Program-made: the position numbers and the translations under genes
Part shown: positions 1 to 9,429 of the stretch, piece after piece
How positions within the stretch are numbered: the first letter of the stretch is position 1
How the letters are laid out: every line of letters begins with the position of its first letter
Notes under the pieces: generated by a model
The model's input: the letters and a program-made list of their open reading frames with translations, nothing else
What the model was told of the DNA's origin: nothing
Database searches by the model: none
NCBI GenBank assembly: GCA_016196125.1
Contig: JACPYG010000004.1
Location: 138-64,137 of the forward strand
Direction: 5' to 3'
Origin: Candidatus Staskawiczbacteria bacterium
Lineage (GTDB): Bacteria; Patescibacteriota; Minisyncoccia; Minisyncoccales; Staskawiczbacteraceae
DNA length: 64,000 nt

Positions 1-2
1 AA

Positions 3-1121
3 CTGATCTGCATAGGGTGGTTGGTTTACAACAGGGTCTATTATACACTGGCTGTCGTTTTGGCACAGGTCAGCGCCACTCCCGGCAACGCATATACAAA
101 TATTTCCGCTGCATTCTTTATGATTGCCTATTGGACACGAAGTAATTATACACTGGCTGTCGTCTTGACACTGGTCAGGGGAAGCGCCGCCTACAACCAC
201 GCATTGTTGTTGGGCATTGCATTCGTTATGGAATGGCCAGCAATCAATATCGTTTAGGCACTGGTCATCGCCAAAATTATCTACAACCACGCATTGTTTT
301 TGGGTGTTGCATTCATTATGGGTATTATTTGAGCAATCGGCAGAGCTTTGGCACTGGTCGGGACCAACTCCATCAACAGATATGCATTGTTGCTGGGTAT
401 TACATTCATTATGGCTATTGTTTGCGCAATAATCGCAATCGGTGTCACTTAAACACTGGTCAGGGCCAAGACCGTTTATAACCACGCATTGTTGTTGAGC
501 GTTACACTCATTATGGGCATTGCTTACACAATTATCATCTGTCAGACACTGGTCAGAATCAATGCCGTCAACGATAATACATTGCTGTTGAGCATTGCAC
601 TCGTTGTGGGTATTGTTTGCGCAATCAGTGTCGCTTAGGCATTGGTCGGAGCCGGCTCCAGCAACAGATATGCACTGTTGTTGGTCGTTGCATTCACTAT
701 GGACTGCGCAATCAGTGTCGCTTAGGCATTGGTCGGAGCCGGCTCCGGCAACAGATATGCACTGTTGTTGGTCGTTGCATTCACTATGGACTGCGCAATC
801 AGTGTCGCTTAGGCATTGGTCGGAGCCAACGCCGTCCACAGTAGCGCATTGTTGTTGAGCGTTGCATTCGTTATGGGTGCCGCACGGACCATCGCAAATA
901 GTGGTAACTGTCGGGGGCTCGCATCCATCAACTCCGCATACTCCGGGATAATCTGTTGTAGTAGCGCACATAATATTATCAGAACAAACAGAATCTGAAG
1001 AAGTCCACGGCGGAGCGCAATCAGAATCAACACATTCTTGAGACATAACATTTATGGCTGTAAAAAAAATTGTACCCGCCAAAAATACAAATAAAAAAGC
1101 TGTTAAAGATTTTTTCATCAT
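3..1121 (-). CDS. Secreted Cys-rich repeat protein, 3'-truncated at window edge; paralog of 1139..2899
   Basis: Not in ORF track. ATG at 1121 gives MMKKSLTAFLFVFLAGTIFFTAINV (signal peptide); frame checked at both ends (…CQNDSQCIIDPVVNQPPYADQ at window start); HNECN-QQQC repeats. Confidence 0.85.
   Translation of the reverse strand, partial: MMKKSLTAFLFVFLAGTIFFTAINVMSQECVDSDCAPPWTSSDSVCSDNIMCATTTDYPGVCGVDGCEPPTVTTICDGPCGTHNECNAQQQCATVDGVGSDQCLSDTDCAVHSECNDQQQCISVAGAGSDQCLSDTDCAVHSECNDQQQCISVAGAGSDQCLSDTDCANNTHNECNAQQQCIIVDGIDSDQCLTDDNCVSNAHNECNAQQQCVVINGLGPDQCLSDTDCDYCANNSHNECNTQQQCISVDGVGPDQCQSSADCSNNTHNECNTQKQCVVVDNFGDDQCLNDIDCWPFHNECNAQQQCVVVGGASPDQCQDDSQCIITSCPIGNHKECSGNICICVAGSGADLCQNDSQCIIDPVVNQPPYADQ
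617..835. repeat. Near-perfect 87-bp tandem repeats (29-aa Cys-rich unit)
   Basis: tgcgcaatcagtgtcgcttaggcattggtcggagcc recurs with period 87 (about 617, 704, 791). Confidence 0.9.
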
Positions 1122-1138
1122 AAAATTAAATTTACCTT

Positions 1139-2899
1139 TTATAGCAAAGGACACATTGCGCAATCATTATCGTTTAAACATTGGTCAGGGCCAAGACCGG
1201 AAACTGATACACATTGCTGTTGAGCATTGCACTCGTTGTGGGTATTGTTTGCGCAATCATTATCGTTTAAACATTGGTCAGGGCCAAGACCGGAAACTGA
1301 TACACATTGCTGTTGAGCATTGCACTCGTTGTGGGTATTGTTTGCGCAATCAACATCGCTTGAGCACTGGTCAGAATCAATGCCGTCTACAGCAACACAT
1401 TGTTGTTGGTCGCTGCATTCATTATGGGTGTTATTCGCGCAATTGCTATTGTTTTGGCACTGGTCGGGGCCAGCTCCGGCAACGGATAAACATTGTTGTT
1501 GAGTATTGCATTCATTATGGTTATTGTTTGCGCAATCAGTGTCGTTTTGACATTGGTTGGGACCAGCCCCGGCAACAAACAGACACTGCTGTTGAGTGTT
1601 GCATATGCTATGGGTACTATTATCACAAATTCCCCATTGGCCGATAGCGTCACAAGTTTGAGTGCCACCGTCAGGACAAGGTTGAGCGCTTCCGGGAGCG
1701 CAAATTACCGGAGCGCTGCATGTGCCATCCACACAGACTTGGTCACCAATACAATCTGTACTTATTGTACAGGGACCGCCGCCACCATCGGTACATGCGC
1801 CATCCACACAAACTTGGTTGCCGGTACAATTGGAACTATCGGTACAAGCGCCACCGCCTCCACATGTACCGTTCACACAAACCTGGCCACCGCTACAATT
1901 GGAACTATCGGTACAAGGGCCGCCACCGTCAGTGCATGTGCCATCCACGCAAACCTGGCCACTGGTACAATTGGAACTATCGGTACAAGGGCCGCCGCCG
2001 ACGGTAGTACATGTGCTATCTATACAAACTTGGCCACCGCTACAATTGGAACTATCGGTACAAGGGCCGCCACCTCCGCCGCCTCCGCCGCCATCGGTAC
2101 ACGCTCCGTCGCAAACAAGACTGACCGTCGGAGGCACGCAAGCGCCAGCGGAGCCATCGGGTGCGCTGGAACACATTCCAGGATAATGTACCGTGAGAGT
2201 ACACATAATATTATTAGAACAATAAGAATCTGAAGTGTCTTGTGGCGGACCGCAGTCAAACACACCTTGCCAGTATGAATTTGTTGGTTGACACTGGGCG
2301 CCAGTAAGAATGTCATCAGAACACCCATAACACTGCCATTTTTGTTCTATTATACTGCCGCTACATCTCGTTTCGGCAGTTGGCAAACACCCTCCGCAAT
2401 CTTCAACAAAATCCTGATTTGTTTCTACCGTGCATTCAGGCCGATATTCAGGCCCGGCGCAATTTCCAAATGTTATATCTCTATATATGCTATCGCCAAC
2501 GCAATACCCGGGACCCACATTCGGTGGTTGCGGTGGGCATTGCTCAAGCACAGAATCAACGCCCGGTTTAACATAACAAAAACCGATGCCATTAGCATCT
2601 TCACTGCACGCTTCCTCATAGTAAATTTCTTCAACATTACAAACATAACCAGCGCAAACGCAACTGTAGGCGTATGCATCGGGGCAGGGCGATGCGGATT
2701 CCACAGCAGAACAAAAGCCGCCCACACATTGACCGCTATAAATTATTCGACTCTTTTCGTCAGAACACGCTCCTACGCCATCCATCCACGTACAATCAGA
2801 ATCATTTACACAAGGTTGTTGCGCATCAACATTAGCCGGGAAAAAGATTGTTCCCGCCAAAAGTACAAACAAAAAAATTATTAAAGATTTTTTCACCAT
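1139..2899 (-). CDS. Secreted Cys-rich repeat surface protein
   Basis: Signal peptide; GGGPCTDSSNCSGGQVCVDGTC repeats followed by 31-aa THNECNAQQQC…GPDQC..D.DC repeats. Confidence 0.9.
   Translation of the reverse strand: MVKKSLIIFLFVLLAGTIFFPANVDAQQPCVNDSDCTWMDGVGACSDEKSRIIYSGQCVGGFCSAVESASPCPDAYAYSCVCAGYVCNVEEIYYEEACSEDANGIGFCYVKPGVDSVLEQCPPQPPNVGPGYCVGDSIYRDITFGNCAGPEYRPECTVETNQDFVEDCGGCLPTAETRCSGSIIEQKWQCYGCSDDILTGAQCQPTNSYWQGVFDCGPPQDTSDSYCSNNIMCTLTVHYPGMCSSAPDGSAGACVPPTVSLVCDGACTDGGGGGGGGGPCTDSSNCSGGQVCIDSTCTTVGGGPCTDSSNCTSGQVCVDGTCTDGGGPCTDSSNCSGGQVCVNGTCGGGGACTDSSNCTGNQVCVDGACTDGGGGPCTISTDCIGDQVCVDGTCSAPVICAPGSAQPCPDGGTQTCDAIGQWGICDNSTHSICNTQQQCLFVAGAGPNQCQNDTDCANNNHNECNTQQQCLSVAGAGPDQCQNNSNCANNTHNECSDQQQCVAVDGIDSDQCSSDVDCANNTHNECNAQQQCVSVSGLGPDQCLNDNDCANNTHNECNAQQQCVSVSGLGPDQCLNDNDCAMCPLL
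1156..1352. repeat. Perfect 93-bp tandem repeat (31-aa unit)
   Basis: ttgcgcaatca at 1156, 1249 and 1342 with identical intervening sequence. Confidence 0.9.
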
Positions 2900-2916
2900 A
2901 AAAGGTTTATTATGGC

Positions 2917-3336
2917 CTAAAGATTATTTTTGTTTGACAAAAGAATTAAGGCCGATTGGCCCTGTATTTGGCCGTCCGGCAAAAGTTTTATAGTTATATT
3001 CAAATTATCTCCAATTTTTATTTCTCTTAAGTCAACTTTTTTTTGGACTGGTTTTCCTGCGCTGTCATTGACAAATGAATAAACCGGACTGTTTGCTGCC
3101 ATGCTAATTTTTATACTGTCGCCATTATAAGCCAAAGTAATATCTCTGCCTTCTATTTTAGAAACTTTGCCATAAGCGACAGTTGAAAGCACTGTTTTTG
3201 AACTTAGAGCTTTCATTATTGCCGCTGTTTTTTCTATTTGAGGCGATACTTGCAGTGTTTTATACCAAAAACCTGCGCCTGCGCCCAAAATCAAACAAAG
3301 CAATCCTACTAAAACTATTAAAATTATTTTATTCAC
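2917..3336 (-). CDS. Hypothetical protein, N-terminal TM anchor plus small beta-rich (DUF5666-like) domain
   Basis: Hydrophobic N-terminus; GKVSKIEG…IKIGDNLNI pattern; GTG start formed at the end of the adjacent IR element. Confidence 0.7.
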   Translation of the reverse strand: MNKIILIVLVGLLCLILGAGAGFWYKTLQVSPQIEKTAAIMKALSSKTVLSTVAYGKVSKIEGRDITLAYNGDSIKISMAANSPVYSFVNDSAGKPVQKKVDLREIKIGDNLNITIKLLPDGQIQGQSALILLSNKNNL

Positions 3337-3434
3337 CCCGTTAGAGGTTTGTCTTTATATAACTAAAATAGTCAATTTCAGACAACCACATTATTTTATT
3401 ATAATCCCCCGTTTTTTTAATAGCTCTAACGGGG
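3336..3434. mobile_element. Short terminal-inverted-repeat element, type A (CCCCGTTAGA…TCTAACGGGG)
   Basis: CCCCGTTAGAG / CTCTAACGGGG; flanks TTCA / CCCA; lies between an upstream ATG and the gene body. Confidence 0.75.
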
Positions 3435-3530
3435 CCCATAATTTTATTATATTTTTATTTATTTAATCTACTATATTTTGTTATTTTACCTTTTCTAAAT
3501 TTCAAAAACAAATGTCAAGCTGTGCATAAC

Positions 3531-4199
3531 TCAAAATAATTTAATCGGGTAAAAACTTTTTCTGTGGATTTTACAATATCCGTATTTTTTTATCATTTTA
3601 AAATGATGATTTGTGCCATATCCTTTATGCTTATCAAAACAGTATTCTGGATATTTTTTATGAAATTTTTGCATTATTTCGTCCCTTGTCACCTTGGCAA
3701 AAATTGAAGCCAAAGCGCAGGAAAAAACTTTTTGATCGGCTTTAATTATTGATTTTTGAACCAAATTAATATTTAACTTCATATTTCCGTCAATAATTAA
3801 AACAAATTGCATGCCTGTTTCCGCTCTGACTAATTTTTTTTCCAGGTCTTTAACGGCTTTTATCATCGCCAATTTTGTTGCTTCCAAAATATTAATTTTA
3901 TCTATTATCTTTTCTGAAACAACGCCTATCCCCCATTCTATATCTGGATTTTTTTTAAAATAATTATAAATTTCTTCTCTTTTTTTTGGCGTTAATTTTT
4001 TTGAATCTTGAACCCCGGAATGTTTAGCTTTGACAAACTTAAACATCACCGCCCCAGCCACGACAGGTCCGGCCAAAGGTCCTCTCCCTGCTTCGTCTAT
4101 TCCTATGACAAGTTTAAGCCCTTTTTTCCAAAATTTTTTTTCTTCGTTAAAATTTGGATAATTTACCCCGTTAGAAATTTTTTTCCGCCTTATATTCAT
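3531..4199 (-). CDS. rnhB: Ribonuclease HII
   Basis: GIDEAGRGPLAGPV, DSKKL, DGN and HKGYGT motifs. Confidence 0.97.
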   Translation of the reverse strand: MNIRRKKISNGVNYPNFNEEKKFWKKGLKLVIGIDEAGRGPLAGPVVAGAVMFKFVKAKHSGVQDSKKLTPKKREEIYNYFKKNPDIEWGIGVVSEKIIDKINILEATKLAMIKAVKDLEKKLVRAETGMQFVLIIDGNMKLNINLVQKSIIKADQKVFSCALASIFAKVTRDEIMQKFHKKYPEYCFDKHKGYGTNHHFKMIKKYGYCKIHRKSFYPIKLF

Positions 4200-4245
4200 A
4201 GTTCAAGCCACCCATTAGCAATTAAAATCTGTATTTCTAACGGGG
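4166..4245. mobile_element. Short TIR element, type A, at the rnhB start
   Basis: CCCCGTTAGAAAT / ATTTCTAACGGGG; flanks TTTA / TTCA. Confidence 0.8.
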
Positions 4246-4302
4246 TTCATTGCTTGATTTTACCACCACAAAAGGTAAAATGACATATGATAAAATAACT
4301 AT

Positions 4303-7300
4303 ATGAAGTTTACTCATTTACATGTTCATAGTCATTATAGTTTGCTTGACGGCCTGCCGAAAATAGACGAACTTTTGGATTATGTAAAAGAATTGGGAAT
4401 GGATTCTGTGGCATTAACGGACCATGGTGTGATGTATGGCGCTGTTGAATTTTATAAAAAAGCTTGCGCCCGCGGAATAAAACCAATAATTGGCTGTGAA
4501 GTTTATGTCGCTTTTGAGGGAAGGCAAGACAAGAGAGCAAATATAGATTCAAAAAGCTATCATATGATTTTACTTGTAAAAAACGAAGTGGGGTATAAAA
4601 ATCTTGTAAAACTTGTAACAAAAGCGCAATTGGAAGGATTCTATTACAAAGCAAGAATTGATGAGGAAATCTTGCAACAGCACACAGAAGGCCTTATTGG
4701 CACTTCGGCCTGTTTGAACGGAAAAATTCCAAGAATGCTTTTATCAAATAAAAATGACGAAGCAGAGGAGACAGCAAAAAAATATGAAGGATGGTTTGGG
4801 GAAGGAAACTTTTATTTAGAAATACAAGACCATAAAAATATTCCGGAACAAGCAACTGTAAATAAAAAAATTATTGCCCTGTCAAAAAAAACCGGTATAC
4901 CTCTTGTGGCAACTAACGATGCTCATTATTTGAGGCCTGATGATGCGGAAGCGCAAGATATTTTGATGTTGATAAATACGGGAGCTGACGCCTTGGATCC
5001 GGAAAGGCTTTCTTTAAAATCAGACGATTTTTCAATGAGAAAACCTGAAGAAATGGCAGAACTGTTCAAAGATAATCCGGAAGCCATTGAAAATACGCAA
5101 AAAATTGTTGAGTCATGCAATTTTAATTTTGAATTGGGAAAAATATTATTCCCTAACTTTCCTGTTCCGGCAAATAAAACCGCTGAACAATTTTTAGAGG
5201 ATTTATGCCAACAGGGATTAAAAAATAGATTCGGGGAAAACCCTGACCCAAAAATAATTGAAAGGTTAAAATACGAACTCTCTATTATTAAAAAAACCGA
5301 TTTTGCCGGATATCTTTTAATTGTGCAGGATTTTGTCAATTGGGCAAAACAAAATCGAATAATTGTTGGGCCAGGCAGAGGTTCGGCCGGCGGTTCTTTA
5401 GTGGCATATCTTACGGGAATCACTAATATTGACCCTCTAAAACACGACCTGCTTTTTGAGCGATTTTTAAATCCAGAAAGAATATCAATGCCTGATATTG
5501 ATTTGGATTTTGCAGACAGGCGAAGAGACGAAGTTATAAGATATGTGGCTCAAAAATACGGACAAGATCACGTTGCTCAAATTATCACTTTTGGAACAAT
5601 GGCGGCAAGGGCGGTAATAAGAGACGTGGGCAGGGCTTTGGGATACGCGTATGGCTATTGCGATAAAATGGCAAAAATAATACCTGTTGGAATGGATCTT
5701 GCGGAAACTCTGGAAAAAGTATCAGAATTTAAAGATTTATACGAATCCGATGCGCAAGCAAAAAAACTGATTGATTTGGGAAAAAAACTCGAAGGCGTGG
5801 CTCGCCATGCTTCAACTCACGCCTGCGGTGTTGTGATATCGGCTGATCCGTTAACAGATTCTGTGCCGCTGCAAAGGCCAACTCAAGAAAACGGAAATGT
5901 TATTACTCAATATGAAATGCATAGCATTGAGGATTTGGGCCTTTTAAAAATGGATTTTTTAGGTTTAAAAAACCTGACTATTATTGAAGATACTCTGGCC
6001 AGAATTTATGTTATTCACAATGACTTAAAAATTGACATTGAAAATGTTCCCTTAGACGATAAATTGGCCTACAAACTGCTGCAAAACGCCTTAACAACAT
6101 CTGTATTTCAAATGGAAAGCGACGGTTTTAAAAGATATTTAAAAGAATTAAAACCAACCGTCTTTGAAGATTTAATTGCTATGGTGGCTTTATATAGGCC
6201 TGGTCCAATGCAGTTTATACCTGATTATATTAAAAGAAAACACGGCAAACAAAAAATAGAATATTTGCACCCAAAACTAGAACCAATTTTAAAAGCAACC
6301 CAGGGTATTTGCATTTATCAAGAGCAATTAATGAGAATCGCCCAGGAACTGTGCGGATTCACATTGGGAGAAGCAGATGTTTTGAGAAAAGCTGTCGGTA
6401 AAAAAATAAAAGAACTAATTGATGCCCAAAAGGAAAAATTCATAACGGGAGCCGTAAAAAATGGCGTTGATAAAAAAATAGCGGTAGAAATATGGGAATG
6501 GATTTTGCCTTTTGCCTCGTATGGTTTTAATAGAAGCCACAGCGCCGCTTATGCAATGATATCCTACCAAACTGCTTACTTAAAATCTCACTACCCCGTT
6601 GAGTTTATGGCATCGGTTTTAACTTCCGAAAAAGCCGATGTTGAAAGAATTGCCTTTTTAATTGACGAGTGCAAAAAAATGGATGTTGAAGTTTTGCCGC
6701 CAAACATAAATGAAAGTTTAAAAAACTTTACGGTTGTGCCAAACCAGAAAAAAATCAGATTTGGATTTTTGGCAATTAAAAATGTTGGCACCAATATAAT
6801 AGATGCAATTGTCCAAGAAAGAAAAACCAGCGGTCCGTTTAAATCTATCGGCGACTTTATACATAGGGTGCAATCAAAAGATTTGAATAAAAAATCAATG
6901 GAAGCTTTAATAAAGGCCGGCGCTTTTGACAGTTTGGCCGAAAGAAATCAACTTTTAACCAACTTGGAAAAACTGCTTGAGATTTCAAGAGAAAATAATA
7001 AATCACGCCAAACTAACCAAATGGGCTTGTTCTCGTCAATAAAAATAAGCAATAATGATATAAAACTCCAAGAAACCGCTCCAGCCAGTAATTTTGAAAG
7101 GCTAAACTGGGAAAAAGAGCTTTTGGGCCTTTATGTCAGTTCGCACCCGCTGGACGATTTTCGCAAGATTTTTGAAACGAGAACAACCGCCATAAGTAAA
7201 ATCGACGATACATGGGTTAATAAAAAAGTAACAATTGGAGGAATTATTTCCAGTATCAAAAAAATTATCACTAAAAATGGAAAGCCAATGCTATTTATGA

Positions 7301-7482
7301 AACTCGAAGATTTGACTGCCAAAACAGAAATTGTTGTTTTTACATCATTATTAGAAAGAAACCCGATTGCTTTGCAAGAAAACAAAATTGTTTTTGTGGC
7401 GGGCCGTGTTGACGACCGCAATGGAGAAATAAAAATAGTAGCCGACGATGTAAGAGAAATAATAACGGTAAATCAAGCGTAA
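4303..7482 (+). CDS. dnaE: DNA polymerase III alpha subunit
   Basis: PHP motif HLHVHSHYSLLDG; GPGRGSAGGS; PDIDLD; C-terminal OB fold. Confidence 0.99.
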   Translation: MKFTHLHVHSHYSLLDGLPKIDELLDYVKELGMDSVALTDHGVMYGAVEFYKKACARGIKPIIGCEVYVAFEGRQDKRANIDSKSYHMILLVKNEVGYKNLVKLVTKAQLEGFYYKARIDEEILQQHTEGLIGTSACLNGKIPRMLLSNKNDEAEETAKKYEGWFGEGNFYLEIQDHKNIPEQATVNKKIIALSKKTGIPLVATNDAHYLRPDDAEAQDILMLINTGADALDPERLSLKSDDFSMRKPEEMAELFKDNPEAIENTQKIVESCNFNFELGKILFPNFPVPANKTAEQFLEDLCQQGLKNRFGENPDPKIIERLKYELSIIKKTDFAGYLLIVQDFVNWAKQNRIIVGPGRGSAGGSLVAYLTGITNIDPLKHDLLFERFLNPERISMPDIDLDFADRRRDEVIRYVAQKYGQDHVAQIITFGTMAARAVIRDVGRALGYAYGYCDKMAKIIPVGMDLAETLEKVSEFKDLYESDAQAKKLIDLGKKLEGVARHASTHACGVVISADPLTDSVPLQRPTQENGNVITQYEMHSIEDLGLLKMDFLGLKNLTIIEDTLARIYVIHNDLKIDIENVPLDDKLAYKLLQNALTTSVFQMESDGFKRYLKELKPTVFEDLIAMVALYRPGPMQFIPDYIKRKHGKQKIEYLHPKLEPILKATQGICIYQEQLMRIAQELCGFTLGEADVLRKAVGKKIKELIDAQKEKFITGAVKNGVDKKIAVEIWEWILPFASYGFNRSHSAAYAMISYQTAYLKSHYPVEFMASVLTSEKADVERIAFLIDECKKMDVEVLPPNINESLKNFTVVPNQKKIRFGFLAIKNVGTNIIDAIVQERKTSGPFKSIGDFIHRVQSKDLNKKSMEALIKAGAFDSLAERNQLLTNLEKLLEISRENNKSRQTNQMGLFSSIKISNNDIKLQETAPASNFERLNWEKELLGLYVSSHPLDDFRKIFETRTTAISKIDDTWVNKKVTIGGIISSIKKIITKNGKPMLFMKLEDLTAKTEIVVFTSLLERNPIALQENKIVFVAGRVDDRNGEIKIVADDVREIITVNQA

Positions 7483-7533
7483 TTGCCTTCTTTCATATAT
7501 AAAAGAAGTATAATTATTAAAAATTATAATACT

Positions 7534-9273
7534 ATGGAACAAATAGAAAAAATTAGGCATTCGTTGGCGCATATAATGGCGCAAGCCATTTTGGATTTTT
7601 GGCCTAAAACAAAATTAGGCATTGGCCCTGCAATTGAAAACGGGTTTTATTACGATATGGCTTTGCCCGCCGAAGCCCTTGGCGAAGGCGGGAATGAGGA
7701 ATTTCTCAAAAAAATCGAAGTACGAATGAAAGAACTGATAAAAGAAAATCAAAAATTTATCGGGAAAAAAGTAGCTAAAATTACAGCAAAAAGATTATTT
7801 AAAAATCAGCCATATAAATTAGAATTAATAAAAGAATTGCCGGGAAAAACCGTTGGAACTTACCAAAACGGAAATTTTTTAGATTTATGCAAAGGAGGCC
7901 ATATTTTAAACACAAAAGAAATTAGGCCAAATGCTTTCAAACTTACGAAAATTGCAGGGGCTTATTGGAAAGGCAGTGAAAAGAATAAAATGTTGACCCG
8001 TATTTATGGTTTAGCTTTTCAAACTGAAAAAGAACTGCAAGATTTTATAAAAATGCAAGAAGAGGCAGAAAAAAGAAACCATAGAATATTGGGACAAAAA
8101 TTAGATCTTTTTATTTTTTCTGATTTAGTGGGGCAGGGCTTGCCTTTATTTACTCCCAAGGGCACCATATTAAGAGATTTATTAGATTCTTATGTTTGGG
8201 AACTGCGCCGGGCAAAGGGCTATGAAAAAGTAGACATACCTCATATAACCAAAAAAGAACTTTATGAAACCAGCGGCCACTGGGATAAATTTAAAGACGA
8301 ACTTTTTAAAATAAATACCCGAGAAGGCCATGTTTTTGCCCTAAAGCCGATGAATTGCCCTCATCACATACAGATATTTTCCCGCAAAAAATGGAGCTAT
8401 CGCGAACTTCCGCAAAGATACGCATCTACAACCAAAATTTATAGAGATGAGCAAACAGGAGAACTTTTCGGATTATCAAGAGTGCGCTCTATCACTCAAG
8501 ATGACGCTCATGTATTTTGTAAATTTGAAGATATAGAAAACGAATTTTACAATGTGTGGGATATTATAGATAATTTCTATGGAACATTTGGATTTAAACT
8601 CAAAGTACGATTATCTTTAAGAGATCCTAAAACTCCAGAAAAATATCACAGTCTGCCGGAATATTGGGATCGGGCCGAAGAAATGCTAAGAAACATTATT
8701 AAAAAAAGAGAAATAATAAACAGTGAAGCTAAGGGCGAAGCGGCATTTTATGGCCCCAAAATAGATTTTATTGCCACTGATTCAATAGGACGAGAATGGC
8801 AAGTTGGAACAATTCAGCTGGATTTTGTGCAACCCAAAAAATTTAAACTTTATTATGCTTCAGACAAAGGAGAAGAACCTGTCGTAATTATTCATACCGC
8901 CATTATGGGTTCTATCGAAAGATTTTTGTCTATTTTAATAGAACATTACTCAGGAGCTTTTCCGGTTTGGCTTTCTCCGGTGCAAGTTTGCGTAGTTCCA
9001 ATTTCAGAAAAACATTTAGAATACGCCAATAAAATTAAGAAAGATTTAGAGAATAAAAATATACGCGCAGAATTAAAAAACGAAAATGAAACTTTGGGCA
9101 AAAAAATAAGAGAGGCTGAAATACAGCGCATCCCCTACCTTTTGATTATTGGCGATAAAGAAATACAAGCGCAATCAGTAAGCGTAAGGCAAAGAGACAA
9201 AGGAGACGTTGGAATTATAAATTTAGAAAAATTTATAGAAAAAATCACAGAAGAAATAACAAAAAAAATTTAA
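7534..9273 (+). CDS. thrS: Threonine--tRNA ligase (no N-terminal TGS domain)
   Basis: RHSLAH, DLCKGGH, LKPMNCPHH, AFYGPKID; ATG at 7534 preferred. Confidence 0.97.
   Translation: MEQIEKIRHSLAHIMAQAILDFWPKTKLGIGPAIENGFYYDMALPAEALGEGGNEEFLKKIEVRMKELIKENQKFIGKKVAKITAKRLFKNQPYKLELIKELPGKTVGTYQNGNFLDLCKGGHILNTKEIRPNAFKLTKIAGAYWKGSEKNKMLTRIYGLAFQTEKELQDFIKMQEEAEKRNHRILGQKLDLFIFSDLVGQGLPLFTPKGTILRDLLDSYVWELRRAKGYEKVDIPHITKKELYETSGHWDKFKDELFKINTREGHVFALKPMNCPHHIQIFSRKKWSYRELPQRYASTTKIYRDEQTGELFGLSRVRSITQDDAHVFCKFEDIENEFYNVWDIIDNFYGTFGFKLKVRLSLRDPKTPEKYHSLPEYWDRAEEMLRNIIKKREIINSEAKGEAAFYGPKIDFIATDSIGREWQVGTIQLDFVQPKKFKLYYASDKGEEPVVIIHTAIMGSIERFLSILIEHYSGAFPVWLSPVQVCVVPISEKHLEYANKIKKDLENKNIRAELKNENETLGKKIREAEIQRIPYLLIIGDKEIQAQSVSVRQRDKGDVGIINLEKFIEKITEEITKKI
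7666..7692. repeat. REP-like palindrome inserted in frame in thrS
   Basis: CCCGCCGAAGCCCTTGGCGAAGGCGGG, 27 bp, encodes PAEALGEGG. Confidence 0.7.
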
Positions 9274-9281
9274 AACTATAA

Positions 9282-9419
9282 AGGCGGAAATAAGATATTT
9301 TTCAATTCGGGCTCGGGTCGCGAGAGTTTCCCGCTTTGCGGGAGCTCCCGACCTAGGCCGTGGGTTTGCCTGCCGGCAGGCAGGCAGGGCGGACGTTGAA
9401 AAATATCTTATTTCCGCCT
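9282..9419. mobile_element. MITE-like element with perfect 23-bp TIRs
   Basis: AGGCGGAAATAAGATATTTTTCAA and its reverse complement; AAAACTAT on both flanks; GC-rich hairpin interior. Confidence 0.8.
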
Positions 9420-9429
9420 AAAACTATCT

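Noticed and set aside
617..1352. Tandem repeats as a CRISPR array
   Set aside because: Units are 87 and 93 bp, in frame and coding, with no unique spacers and no cas genes.
21..2884. Many overlapping plus-strand ORFs
   Set aside because: They are antisense or alternate-frame shadows of the Cys-rich repeat genes on the minus strand.
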